A stretch of 64,000 nt of DNA, from the NCBI GenBank assembly GCA_049322915.1, contig JBMOPW010000032.1, forward strand, positions 178,496 through 242,495, given 5' to 3'. Positions 20,340 through 29,878 of this stretch are shown here, in pieces (the first letter of the stretch is position 1; each line of letters begins with the position of its first letter). The notes beneath the pieces were generated by a model. That model was not told the DNA's origin. It ran no database searches and was given only the letters and a program-made list of their open reading frames with translations. The translations under genes and the position numbers were made by a program. This DNA comes from Candidatus Zhuqueibacterota bacterium. GTDB taxonomy: Bacteria > Zhuqueibacterota > Zhuqueibacteria > Thermofontimicrobiales > Thermofontimicrobiaceae.

Positions 20340-21212
20340 ATGATGAAAGAAATACACGTAAGCGCCTGCGCCAAGATCAACCTTGGCCTGAGAATCGTCT
20401 CAAAACGTGAGGATGGCTACCATAATATCGAAACCGTATTTCAGCAGATTGATTTATGTGACGATATTACGATAACCACACTTTCGGACAGTGGCGTAAA
20501 AGTGCACAGCTCCGATCCGCAGATTCCGCAGAACGAAAATAATATCTGTGCGAAAGCCGCAAAGTTATTGGGTTTGAGCTATGGGATTGGATCGGGCGTG
20601 GAAATTTATATTGAGAAAAGAATTCCTATGGGCGCCGGTCTGGGTGGCGGCAGTAGTGACGCAGCCGCTGTATTGAAAGGATTGGCTCAGCTCTGGAATT
20701 TAAACATTCCTGAAAATGAAATGGTATCCCTCGCCAGGCAGGTTGGGGCTGATGTCCCTTTCTTTTTGAAAGGGGGCTCTGCGCTGGCAACAGGTATCGG
20801 GGATGAGCTGACTCCTCTCAATTTGGCAACAAATTATTATTGTCTTTTAGTATACCCAAATATTGAAATATCTTCAACATGGGCTTATAGTAATTATAAT
20901 TTTAACTTGACAAAGACAAAAAAAAGTATTAAATTACCACACCTTTTTTCTAATGATTGGGACATTTTTAAACTCAAGAGTACTGGTTGCAACGACTTTG
21001 AGGAGTTGGTATTTCAGAGATTCCCCGAGTTGAGTGATATCAAAACAACGCTTTATCAGGTGGGTGCATTTTTTGCCTGCATGTCGGGCAGCGGGTCAAC
21101 AGTTTTTGGGCTCTTTGACAGTGAAGAAAAAACTCAGGAGGTGCGAAGTACAAACTTTAAACACTACCAGGTTTTTTTTACAAAACCAATGACACTACAA
21201 AATCGTCTGTAA
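20340..21212 (+). CDS. ispE: 4-diphosphocytidyl-2-C-methyl-D-erythritol kinase
   Basis: AKINLGL, IPMGAGLGGGSSDAA, GADVPFF, MSGSGSTVFG. Confidence 0.95.
   Translation: MMKEIHVSACAKINLGLRIVSKREDGYHNIETVFQQIDLCDDITITTLSDSGVKVHSSDPQIPQNENNICAKAAKLLGLSYGIGSGVEIYIEKRIPMGAGLGGGSSDAAAVLKGLAQLWNLNIPENEMVSLARQVGADVPFFLKGGSALATGIGDELTPLNLATNYYCLLVYPNIEISSTWAYSNYNFNLTKTKKSIKLPHLFSNDWDIFKLKSTGCNDFEELVFQRFPELSDIKTTLYQVGAFFACMSGSGSTVFGLFDSEEKTQEVRSTNFKHYQVFFTKPMTLQNRL
20907..20935 (+). promoter_or_regulatory. Internal promoter within ispE
   Basis: TTGACA-17 bp-TAAATT with AT-rich upstream region. Confidence 0.55.
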
Positions 21213-21407
21213 CGAATTATGCAAGTGCTTGTTCATCACATGAGGTGCAGACAAAGGGGCTTTTGGTGTATTTTCTGTTATCTGTTACAGGGATTTTCTA
21301 AAGATGGTAATTCTGATTTTGTTGATGCTTCCAGATTTTTCCATTGAACCAGGGAAAATCATTTTTATTTTAAGGTTTAATCCAACAAATTATTACAGGA
21401 GAGAGGA

Positions 21408-21725
21408 ATGGAAATAACAGAAATTACCGTAACCCTTCGCAACGAGGATAAACTTAAAGCGTTCGTCAATGTAACTTTTGAAAATAAATTCGTTGTTCGT
21501 GGCATGAAAGTTATTAAGGGGTCGACCGGCTTTTTTGTAAGTATGCCAAGTCGTAAAATGCCAGACGGCACATTCAGGGACATTGCACATCCTATCAATA
21601 ATGAATTCCGCCAGTTTATCGAAAAGGTAATTTTGGAGGAGTATAACAAAACTTTAGAATTAGAAAAAACCGAAGGCTCTCATTCAAAACGAAATGAAAA
21701 TATTTTTGTGGATGATGAATATTGA
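21408..21725 (+). CDS. spoVG: SpoVG family nucleic-acid-binding protein
   Basis: MEITEI...LKAFVNVTF...FVSMPSRK..DGTFRDIAHPIN. Confidence 0.93.
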   Translation: MEITEITVTLRNEDKLKAFVNVTFENKFVVRGMKVIKGSTGFFVSMPSRKMPDGTFRDIAHPINNEFRQFIEKVILEEYNKTLELEKTEGSHSKRNENIFVDDEY

Positions 21726-21749
21726 TTCACGAAACCGATGAGTCATTTT

Positions 21750-21820
21750 TGGGGCGTCGCCAAGCGGCAAGGCACAGGGTTTTGGTCCCTGCATCGAAGG
21801 TTCGAATCCTTCCGCCCCAG
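21750..21820 (+). tRNA. tRNA-Gln (TTG)
   Basis: Acceptor TGGGGCG/CGCCCCA, anticodon arm CAGGG-TTTTGGT-CCCTG, T arm GAAGG-TTCGAAT-CCTTC; CCA not encoded. Confidence 0.96.
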
Positions 21821-22005
21821 CTTATATTCATATAATAAAGTAAGCGTCATTTTTATTTTCGAATGACGAAACTCAATTAAAGAGCAATTCTAAAGTAATA
21901 TGTGTGTTTAGCAGCAAATCAATCTGGAGTGAAACGACGCTATGAGTTCATTTCAGTATTGCTCTCTTGGGTATTCGTCATTTTTATGTATCGGGGTTAT
22001 GGGGC

Positions 22006-22941
22006 ATGGTCAATGCACTGAAAATTTTTTCTGGGAATGCCAGCAAAAAATTGTCAGAGAAAATAGTTTCCTATTTGGGTCTACCTCTTGGCGATTCGAG
22101 CACCCAGCATTTCAGCGATGGAGAAATCTGGGTAAAATACAACGAGAATATTCGCGGGTGCGATTTATTCATTATCCAGTCGACCTATTCGCCAGGCGAT
22201 AATTTGCTCGAACTGCTCATTATGATCGATACGGCGCGCAGAGCCTCAGCACGACGAATCACTGCAGTTCTTCCGTATTTCGGCTATGCCCGTCAGGATC
22301 GAAAAGATCAGCCGCGGGTAGCCATCACAGCAAAACTCGTCGCCAACTTGATAACAACCGCTGGTGCGGATCGCGTGCTCACGATGGATTTACATGCGCC
22401 GCAAATCCAGGGATTTTTTGATATCCCGGTTGATCATTTATATTCATCAGCTATTTTGACGGATTATTTCCGAAGGAAAGGCCTGGAAGATCCAATCGTG
22501 CTTTCCCCGGATATTGGCGGCGTGAAACTGGCGCGAGCCTATGCGAAGCGGCTCAACGTGCCTCTGGCTATTGTGGACAAGCGGCGTCCCGGTCCCAATA
22601 AATCTGAGGTAATGAATCTCATCGGTTCTGTGGCCAATAAAGACGTCATTATTATCGATGATATTGTTGACACCGGCGGAACAATGGTCAAAGCTGCCGA
22701 GCGGGCAATGGAGGAAGGCGCCAGAAGTGTGTACGCGGCATGTACGCATCCAATCCTTTCGGGTAACGCGATTCAGACTATCAAAGAGTCCAGGCTTTCG
22801 GAATTTGTGGTCACAGATTCGATCCCGCTACCGCCCGAAAAAACACTGAATAATTTAACAGTACTGTCCGTTGCCAGTATGTTTGGCAATGGTATAAAAA
22901 GAATTCACAATGAAGAGTCTATAAGTATTTTATTTGATTAA
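22006..22941 (+). CDS. prs: Ribose-phosphate pyrophosphokinase
   Basis: FSDGEI, PYFGYARQDRK, DLHAPQIQGFF, IIIDDIVDTGGT. Confidence 0.96.
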   Translation: MVNALKIFSGNASKKLSEKIVSYLGLPLGDSSTQHFSDGEIWVKYNENIRGCDLFIIQSTYSPGDNLLELLIMIDTARRASARRITAVLPYFGYARQDRKDQPRVAITAKLVANLITTAGADRVLTMDLHAPQIQGFFDIPVDHLYSSAILTDYFRRKGLEDPIVLSPDIGGVKLARAYAKRLNVPLAIVDKRRPGPNKSEVMNLIGSVANKDVIIIDDIVDTGGTMVKAAERAMEEGARSVYAACTHPILSGNAIQTIKESRLSEFVVTDSIPLPPEKTLNNLTVLSVASMFGNGIKRIHNEESISILFD

Positions 22942-22965
22942 AAGTAATATGATTGGAGTGAAGGA

Positions 22966-23592
22966 ATGTCTGAACAATTATTAAATGCAGAAGTTAGAAA
23001 ATTGACTGGAAAAGAAATCGCTAAAAAATTGAGACGGGAAGGCAAAGTCCCCGGCATATTCTATTCGCATAATGAAGAGTCAATTCCCATCATTGTCGAC
23101 GAACGTGAGTTGATGAAGGTACTGGTTTCCGAATCCAGTTTGATTGATATTCAAATTGAAAAAAAGAAGAAGCGAAAAGCGATTATCAGAGAAGTCCAGA
23201 CCGATCCAGTAAAACAGAATTTGGTACATGTCGATGTCATGGGCGTGAATTTGAAAGAGAAAGTCACTCTTGCGGTACCAATCCGGTTTGTCGGCGAGGC
23301 TGTTGGAGTAAAAACCCATGGCGGTATTTTGCATCAGTTGATGCGCGAAATAGAAGTTTCATGTCTGCCGCTTGATTTGCCGGAGCATATTGAAATCGAC
23401 GTCTCTGCTTTGAATGTGGGAGATTTGATTACAGTGAGCGCTATCCACCTTGAGAATGTGGAAATACTGGGCGAACCGGACCAGGCCATCGTGCACGTCA
23501 TCACGCCGACAGTTGCCAAGTCAAGTGAGACAGATCTATCTGAAGTAACCGAAGGTGAAGCAGGCGAAGAAGAGGCCGAGAAAGAAAAGTAG
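22966..23592 (+). CDS. rplY: 50S ribosomal protein L25/Ctc
   Basis: LRREGKVPGIFY, VQTDPV..LVHVD, C-terminal Ctc domain. Confidence 0.93.
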   Translation: MSEQLLNAEVRKLTGKEIAKKLRREGKVPGIFYSHNEESIPIIVDERELMKVLVSESSLIDIQIEKKKKRKAIIREVQTDPVKQNLVHVDVMGVNLKEKVTLAVPIRFVGEAVGVKTHGGILHQLMREIEVSCLPLDLPEHIEIDVSALNVGDLITVSAIHLENVEILGEPDQAIVHVITPTVAKSSETDLSEVTEGEAGEEEAEKEK

Positions 23593-23617
23593 AAAAGATA
23601 CGCCAGGATATTTCTGA

Positions 23618-24205
23618 ATGGATGCGAAATTTGTCATTGTTGGGCTGGGCAATCCTGGCAAGAAATATGCACATACAAGGCACAATATCGGTTTCATGGT
23701 GTTAGATCGGATCGCAGGAAAGGCTTCGAACACTTTCGAAAAATCAAATCGGCTTTATTGGAGCGCTTCTTATACTCACGGTCTGGAAACCGTGGCGTTG
23801 GTAAAGCCAGCAACGTTTATGAACTTAAGCGGTCAGGCTGTGGCTGATTACCTGACCAGTCAGAACGCTCAAGTCTCGCAATTGCTGGTGATTTGTGACG
23901 ATATTAATTTACCATTCGGAACAATCAGAATTCGGTTCAAGGGAAGCGATGGCGGACAAAAAGGCTTGAGATCGATCATCGAGCATCTTGGCACTGATAA
24001 TTTCCCGCGGCTGCGGATCGGAATCAGCAATGATTTTGAGGATGCTGCAGAATATGTTCTATCTCAATTTTCTGACTCGGAGGCGGCGCATTTGCCGATC
24101 ATTTTGAGCCATGCGGCAGATGCTGTTCAATGTTTTTTGGAAAATGGAATCGAAAGCGCCATGAGTCGATTTAATAGAAATTACCTGGATGAGGATGTGG
24201 TTTAA
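23618..24205 (+). CDS. pth: Peptidyl-tRNA hydrolase
   Basis: VGLGNPG..Y..TRHNIGF, KPATFMNLSG, RLRIGI. Confidence 0.94.
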   Translation: MDAKFVIVGLGNPGKKYAHTRHNIGFMVLDRIAGKASNTFEKSNRLYWSASYTHGLETVALVKPATFMNLSGQAVADYLTSQNAQVSQLLVICDDINLPFGTIRIRFKGSDGGQKGLRSIIEHLGTDNFPRLRIGISNDFEDAAEYVLSQFSDSEAAHLPIILSHAADAVQCFLENGIESAMSRFNRNYLDEDVV

Positions 24206-24527
24206 AAGTCTGTACAGCGGGAGAATTAAAAGAGTCGGTTGTATTTCGTTGAGATGATTGAGTACAAAGGTTGCATGACGGTGCTGAATTGGTAAAGTTT
24301 AATTTCTTTGGAGTTCATTGTCAGGGTAGATTGAAAAAATCGGATTGTCACAATCGCCGGATACTCATTTCAGGGTATTAAAACATGGCAGCCAGTCTGC
24401 CGGTTGGGTAATTCGAGCGGACAAAGGTAACTCATTGCGTCGCACTCCGACCAAATGGGGAGGAGTTGCAATGCGAATTGAGACTTTGTTTTAATAATGA
24501 AAGAATAATTTGGAGGTAAAAAAAGGC

Positions 24528-24992
24528 TTGAGAACGTACGAAACGGTAGTCGTTATTGATTCACTCTTAAAGAGCGAAGAAATTGATGCAGTCATTGAAA
24601 AGATATCGAGAATAATTAATAACAATGGCGGAGTAATTAAAACTGTCGATCACTGGGGCAAAAAGCGTTTGGCGTATGAAATTAAGAAACGTCAATATGG
24701 TTATTATGTTGAAATAATATTTGACGCTCCTGGCAATATTATCAAGACATTAGAGCGGGAATATAGATTGGATGAAAATATTTTACGCTATTTATCTTTA
24801 TACCTTGACGCGAGTGCTATCGCCTATATTGAAGAACAGCGAAACCGGCAAACGAAAACCCAGGTCGAAAAAGCTAATGGTCCCGAGGAAAAACCAGGCA
24901 AAGATGTAATTGAAACTGAGATATTAGCCCCGGTTGAAGAAAATGCAGAAGTCATCGCGCCATCGTCGGATCTGAAAGTAGATGCGGAATAA
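24528..24992 (+). CDS. rpsF: 30S ribosomal protein S6 with acidic extension
   Basis: RTYETVVVI, WGKKRLAYEIKK, ILRYL; TTG start after GGAGG. Confidence 0.93.
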   Translation: MRTYETVVVIDSLLKSEEIDAVIEKISRIINNNGGVIKTVDHWGKKRLAYEIKKRQYGYYVEIIFDAPGNIIKTLEREYRLDENILRYLSLYLDASAIAYIEEQRNRQTKTQVEKANGPEEKPGKDVIETEILAPVEENAEVIAPSSDLKVDAE

Positions 24993-25069
24993 GATAAAGA
25001 TTACGGGCTGAGGTAAGGTATCAAGGTGGTGAAAAAATGGTGTAAAGATAGTCTGGGAGGTCTTTGTTG

Positions 25070-25606
25070 ATGGCAAATTTGAAAATGCCGGATATTAATA
25101 ATGTGTTAATAGCAGGCAATTTAACATGTGACCCTTCTTTCAGAAAAACGACCAATGGGACACCAGTAGCGAATTTTTTTATTGCATCCAATCGTAAGTT
25201 TAAAGACAACAACGGACAGTGGCGTGAAAACGTTTGCTATGTCGGCGTTGTCGCATGGTACAAATTGGCGGAAAGCTGTTACGAAAATCTCAAGAAGGGG
25301 AACGCGATCATCGTCGATGGAGAACTACAAAGTCGCAGTTGGCGTAACGATGATGGTACGAGCAGAAACGTGGTTGAAATCAAAGCTAGAAGGATCCAAT
25401 TCCTAAACCGAAAGAGCATCTCCAAAGATGATGATGACTCTGTCGAGTTTGCAGAGGAAGAGGATTATCATTCCAGCACTATCGAAACAGACGAACCTGG
25501 AGATATGAATGAGACTGCCGCTCCTGATGGCGTATTTCGCGAAGGGAATAAGGACGAAGGTGGCAGTTCTGAGTACGATTTTGGCTATAAAGATTTTACC
25601 CTGTAA
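25070..25606 (+). CDS. ssb: Single-stranded DNA-binding protein
   Basis: NNVLIAGNLTCDP, GELQSRSW; located between rpsF and rpsR. Confidence 0.92.
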   Translation: MANLKMPDINNVLIAGNLTCDPSFRKTTNGTPVANFFIASNRKFKDNNGQWRENVCYVGVVAWYKLAESCYENLKKGNAIIVDGELQSRSWRNDDGTSRNVVEIKARRIQFLNRKSISKDDDDSVEFAEEEDYHSSTIETDEPGDMNETAAPDGVFREGNKDEGGSSEYDFGYKDFTL

Positions 25607-25672
25607 TTTGAAAATAGTCATCGTTTAAAAGAAAATAAGAAGAAGCTTTTTAAAGAGGAGATAAAAGCAATT

Positions 25673-25894
25673 ATGATGAGGAAAAAACGTATTTGTCGTT
25701 TTTGTGAAGATGGCTCTGATTACATCGATTTCAGAGATGAGAAAAAATTAATGCGGTTTACAACGGAGCAGGGGAAAATTATTCCCCGCAGAACTTCAGG
25801 GACATGCGCGAAACATCAACGGCAACTGGTGAAATCAATTAAACGTGCCAGACACCTGGCGCTGATCCCCTACATTGCAGAGATGAGCCGATAA
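25673..25894 (+). CDS. rpsR: 30S ribosomal protein S18 (Zn-binding C+ form)
   Basis: CRFC...GKIIPRR.SGTCAKHQR. Confidence 0.95.
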   Translation: MMRKKRICRFCEDGSDYIDFRDEKKLMRFTTEQGKIIPRRTSGTCAKHQRQLVKSIKRARHLALIPYIAEMSR

Positions 25895-25921
25895 TTTTAA
25901 ACACTATGAGGAAATTTTGTA

Positions 25922-26365
25922 ATGAAAGTAATTCTGAAAAAAGATTTTAATAAGGTTGGCAAAGTTGGCGATGTTGTAAAAGTGAAAGACGGCTATGCCC
26001 GAAATTATCTAATACCCCAGGGTATTGCTTTAAAAGCGGACGAAAGTAATATCAGGTTGCTGGAAGCGGAACGAAAGCTCATTCAAACGAGACTGAATAA
26101 AGATAGGAAGAGCGCAGAAAAATTAGCTGAGGAACTGGACAAAATATCTTGCACCGCAACAGTGACAGTCGGTGAAGAAGATAAGGTTTTTGGATCAGTC
26201 ACAAGCCAAACAATCGCAGATCTGCTGAAAGATAAAGGCGTCGAGATCGATAAAAAGAAAATCTTGCTTGACGAGCCCATCAAAGCATTGGGTATTTACA
26301 CGATTCCGATTAAGCTGCATTCCGAAGTCGAAGCTAAAATTAAACTCTGGGTGGTGAAGGAGTAG
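25922..26365 (+). CDS. rplI: 50S ribosomal protein L9
   Basis: MKVIL...VKVKDGYARNYLIP, FGSVT, PIKALG. Confidence 0.96.
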   Translation: MKVILKKDFNKVGKVGDVVKVKDGYARNYLIPQGIALKADESNIRLLEAERKLIQTRLNKDRKSAEKLAEELDKISCTATVTVGEEDKVFGSVTSQTIADLLKDKGVEIDKKKILLDEPIKALGIYTIPIKLHSEVEAKIKLWVVKE

Positions 26366-26489
26366 TATTGTTTCGCGGAGGGAGGAAAAGAAAGGAGAAC
26401 AACTTATTCAGAATTTAGCATTTTTAATTCCGAAATAAGTAACATGCATTGACGAAACAGCGGGCAATCTTTTCCAGGATTAATGCATA

Positions 26490-27230
26490 ATGAATGTATT
26501 CTGGTACTTGATTTTAGCGCATCTTATTGCTGATTTTCCCCTCCAGTCAGATAAGATTTATGCGATACGCCTCAAGCATAAATGGGGCGTTCTGCTCCAC
26601 GTCGGAATTTATTTCATCACCAACCTGGTCGTTGCCTTCCCATTTTTGAGTTTCAAACAATTCTGGTTCGCAATTTTATTTCTTGCCATAACCCATTTAA
26701 TTGAGGACTGGACCAAAATCGCCTTGACAAGAAAGGCGCTTCAGGATTCCATCGTCCTATTTTTTGTTGACCAATTTATTCATATCTTTTTCATCTGGCT
26801 CAGTTGTTTTGTCCTTTTTGATATTCCAGCACCTGAAATCACCAATCAATTTGTGCAACGATATTATTTTAACTCTCATATTATATTTATGCTCATTGGA
26901 TTGGTCTTTTCGGTTTTTGCCGGCGTCGTGCTCATTTATTATGTTCGGAAGTGCGTTCACAGAATAAAGTTCAGCAATGACGATAGTTCTGTGCAATTCC
27001 CAAAAATTAAAAAACGGCGTATCGGTTACATCGAACGCCTTTTTTCAACCAGTGGGGTGATACTCGGTGGCTGGTTTCTCATTTTATTGCCGCTCGCATT
27101 TCTTCCCCGATTGATCATTTCTAAGGATCGAGAACTGGAAGAATTTCTCTTGATAAATTTATTGACCGGATTGGCCATCTCAATCGGGAGCGGTGTATTT
27201 GTGCATGTTGCAAGCTATTATTTTGGTTAA
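26490..27230 (+). CDS. DUF3307-like membrane protein
   Basis: LAHLIADFPLQ, LLH, THLIED, DQFIH, IGYIER motifs. Confidence 0.75.
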   Translation: MNVFWYLILAHLIADFPLQSDKIYAIRLKHKWGVLLHVGIYFITNLVVAFPFLSFKQFWFAILFLAITHLIEDWTKIALTRKALQDSIVLFFVDQFIHIFFIWLSCFVLFDIPAPEITNQFVQRYYFNSHIIFMLIGLVFSVFAGVVLIYYVRKCVHRIKFSNDDSSVQFPKIKKRRIGYIERLFSTSGVILGGWFLILLPLAFLPRLIISKDRELEEFLLINLLTGLAISIGSGVFVHVASYYFG

Positions 27231-27293
27231 TTGACCAGAAGAAAATAAATTACTGAAAGGTCGATTAAAATTTTGTGAGGCCATAAAAAAGTG

Positions 27294-27322
27294 TTGACTT
27301 TAACTTGAATATATATTAAATT
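27294..27322 (+). promoter_or_regulatory. Sigma70-type promoter
   Basis: TTGACT-17 bp-TAAATT. Confidence 0.6.
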
Positions 27323-27624
27323 TTTCTCAATGAAAATTCAAAGGATATACAGGCATGAGCGGATCGTGAATTTGTGTCCATCAGACCGGGAAAGGTGAGG
27401 CAGGCTATTTAAGGTTAAAATAGAAAAAATAAATTATCGAGCGAGGAAGATTTATAATCATTATGAATACGAAGCATTATATTTTATAGTGCGGACGATT
27501 CAAAGCAGGATAATAATCTTTGGTACGGAGGGAAGGAATCTTCCATAATTCATTGGTTATTAGGGAAATACTGTAAATTAGTTTTAGAAAGCTAACATAT
27601 TAATTTGTGAGGGGAGGTTTTATT

Positions 27625-27816
27625 ATGGAAACTGTATATCCTGAATGTCTGAAATGTTCGACGGGCGTGCTGATCCCTTTATCTGATTATGGACGTGAAG
27701 GTTCATCTATAATGTATAAAGCGTGGGTTTGCACCAATCCGGAGTGTGGCTTTAACATTAGAATCGATAATGGAGAATTAAGCATTGGCAAAGTGATAGG
27801 CCAATCTTATAAATAA
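27625..27816 (+). CDS. Small zinc-ribbon-like protein (63 aa)
   Basis: CLKC...CTNPEC; strong GGGGAGG RBS. Confidence 0.8.
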   Translation: METVYPECLKCSTGVLIPLSDYGREGSSIMYKAWVCTNPECGFNIRIDNGELSIGKVIGQSYK

Positions 27817-27861
27817 TGAAGATTTTCCTCGCTCATAATTTTATTGGTTTCGGTCTTGTTG

Positions 27862-27898
27862 AAGAGGGTAAAGGGATTTAATTCCAATTACCCTTTTT
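27862..27898 (+). terminator. Intrinsic terminator
   Basis: AGGGTAA...TTACCCT stem followed by TTTT. Confidence 0.6.
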
Positions 27899-27931
27899 CA
27901 ATTTTATACATCTCGAAATGAAGACAAAAAA

Positions 27932-28864
27932 ATGAAAGACTATCTGACCAGTAATCTGAAGATAAAATTAAGCGTTCTCGGCATTGCCTTGTTTGTATGG
28001 CTGTATGTGAAAACTGAAGATAATTATAAATATAATTTAGATATTCCTCTCCGCATTACAAATTTAAGACCGAACCAGGTCATTGAAAATGAGCTTCCAC
28101 GAAACGTGACGGTGACTTCCTGGGGTAAGGGAAAAGCGCTTGTTTCGCTATTGATTCGTCGGGATGCATCCTATGTGCTGGACGTTGCCAATATTCATAA
28201 AAAAAAACGAGTCGCATTGGACAGGAATTCCATTCGCTTGCCCCGGAAAACAGACATTGAATTTTTTAACATCGTGACGCCTGAATCTGTCACAGTCGTG
28301 ATTACAGAACTCATTGAAAAAAAGGTCCCGGTAATAACTGATATTGAAATTGAAACGATTCCCGGGTATTCGAGCATTGATAATTTTATCATTGAACCAG
28401 AGTCTGTAATTGTGAGAGGCCCATTTGCTACGACTGATTCGATTAAGGCGATTCACACGGAGAAAAAAGTATATAAGAAGATTAAGCATGATTTTAATAA
28501 AAAACTGAATCTCGTTTTCCCGCAGCAAAAACATGTGAGGCTGATGACCGAAGAAATTGATGTGTTCGTTGATGTTCAAAAGCTCATGGAAAAACAGATA
28601 TATGAAATACCGGTCGAGGTGCGGAATCAGCCAGAAAATATGAGGATGACCGCCGCACCATCCACCTTATCGTTAGTGCTGGAAGGCGGTGCTGAACAGC
28701 TATTAACGGTCACTCACAATGATGTAAAGGCATATCTCGATTATGAAAAAATAAAAGGATCAAAAGAGAAATATCACCTGGCCTATATCGAAACACCGGA
28801 AGGTGTCAGGTACAGGGACGTCAAGCCTAAACGATTTAAAATTGTTGTAGAACGAATACGATAA
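27932..28864 (+). CDS. YbbR/CdaR-like protein
   Basis: N-terminal TM (KLSVLGIALFVWLYV) and repeated YbbR-like beta domains (KKVPV, EPESVIVRGP). Confidence 0.75.
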   Translation: MKDYLTSNLKIKLSVLGIALFVWLYVKTEDNYKYNLDIPLRITNLRPNQVIENELPRNVTVTSWGKGKALVSLLIRRDASYVLDVANIHKKKRVALDRNSIRLPRKTDIEFFNIVTPESVTVVITELIEKKVPVITDIEIETIPGYSSIDNFIIEPESVIVRGPFATTDSIKAIHTEKKVYKKIKHDFNKKLNLVFPQQKHVRLMTEEIDVFVDVQKLMEKQIYEIPVEVRNQPENMRMTAAPSTLSLVLEGGAEQLLTVTHNDVKAYLDYEKIKGSKEKYHLAYIETPEGVRYRDVKPKRFKIVVERIR

Positions 28865-28871
28865 GAGCGAA

Positions 28872-29867
28872 ATGATTGTATTAGGAATAGAAACGTCATG
28901 TGATGAAACCGCCGCGGCTATCTACGGGGATGAAGGATTACAGTCCAATATCATTGCATCCCAGACCGTGCATGCCGAATACGGCGGCGTGGTGCCGGAA
29001 CTGGCTTCGAGAGAGCATATCCGGCTCATCCTTCCAATTGTCAGAGAGGCAATCGAACAGGCGAAAATAAAATTCGAACAGGTCGAGGGAATTGCTGTTA
29101 CGTTCGGGCCGGGATTGGTTGGCTCAATATTGGTGGGCTTGAATGCCGCAAAGGCCATGGCCTACACGCGAAAGCTTCCCTGGGTTGGAGTGAATCATAT
29201 TGAAGGGCATATTTTTTCAATATTTTTAAATCACCCTGAATTGACCATGCCCTTCATTTCATTGATCATTTCAGGCGGGCACACGCAATTGATCGCTGTG
29301 AAAGGTCTGGGCCATTATGAAATCCTGGGGCGGACGCTCGATGATGCAGCCGGCGAGGCATTCGATAAGGTCGCCAAAATGTTAGAACTTGGCTATCCCG
29401 GCGGGCCAATTATTGATAAAGTGTCGCGGAATGGCGATAGCGATTTTGCAAAATTCCCGCGCGCACTTATGAAAGAGGATGATTTCAATTTCAGCTTCAG
29501 TGGCTTAAAAACGGCAGTTTTGTATTTTCTTAAAAAGATGAGTCCTGAAGATCGCCACGCGAATCGAGCGAACATAGCGGCGAGTTTTCAATCTGCTCTG
29601 GTTGAAACGCTGGTTGAGAAGACCTTGCACGCTGCAAAGAAGATGCGGATAAAACAGGTTGTTCTGGCCGGGGGCGTAGCAAGAAATAGTTATTTACGCG
29701 CGACGATGAGCGCGCGAGCGGAGCAAGAAAATTTGCAGGTGAATATTCCCGATCCAATCTTTTGCACGGATAATGCGGCGATGGTTGCATGGGTTGGGTA
29801 TCAAAAACTCAGGAAAGGGATCACTTCTGATTATCAACTTGCCCCGCTTCCAAATTTAAAATTATAG
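28872..29867 (+). CDS. tsaD: tRNA N6-threonylcarbamoyladenosine transferase TsaD
   Basis: LGIETSCDET, GGVVPELASR, HIEGH, SGGHT, DDAAGEAFDK, TDNAAM. Confidence 0.96.
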   Translation: MIVLGIETSCDETAAAIYGDEGLQSNIIASQTVHAEYGGVVPELASREHIRLILPIVREAIEQAKIKFEQVEGIAVTFGPGLVGSILVGLNAAKAMAYTRKLPWVGVNHIEGHIFSIFLNHPELTMPFISLIISGGHTQLIAVKGLGHYEILGRTLDDAAGEAFDKVAKMLELGYPGGPIIDKVSRNGDSDFAKFPRALMKEDDFNFSFSGLKTAVLYFLKKMSPEDRHANRANIAASFQSALVETLVEKTLHAAKKMRIKQVVLAGGVARNSYLRATMSARAEQENLQVNIPDPIFCTDNAAMVAWVGYQKLRKGITSDYQLAPLPNLKL

Positions 29868-29878
29868 TGGGAACTTGA

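Noticed and set aside
21408..21725. spoVG as evidence of sporulation
   Set aside because: SpoVG is widespread in non-sporulating bacteria in this conserved ispE-prs context
23940..23970. Pth GGQKG in place of GGHNG
   Set aside because: Catalytic N-terminal Asn/His residues are intact; treated as a natural variant
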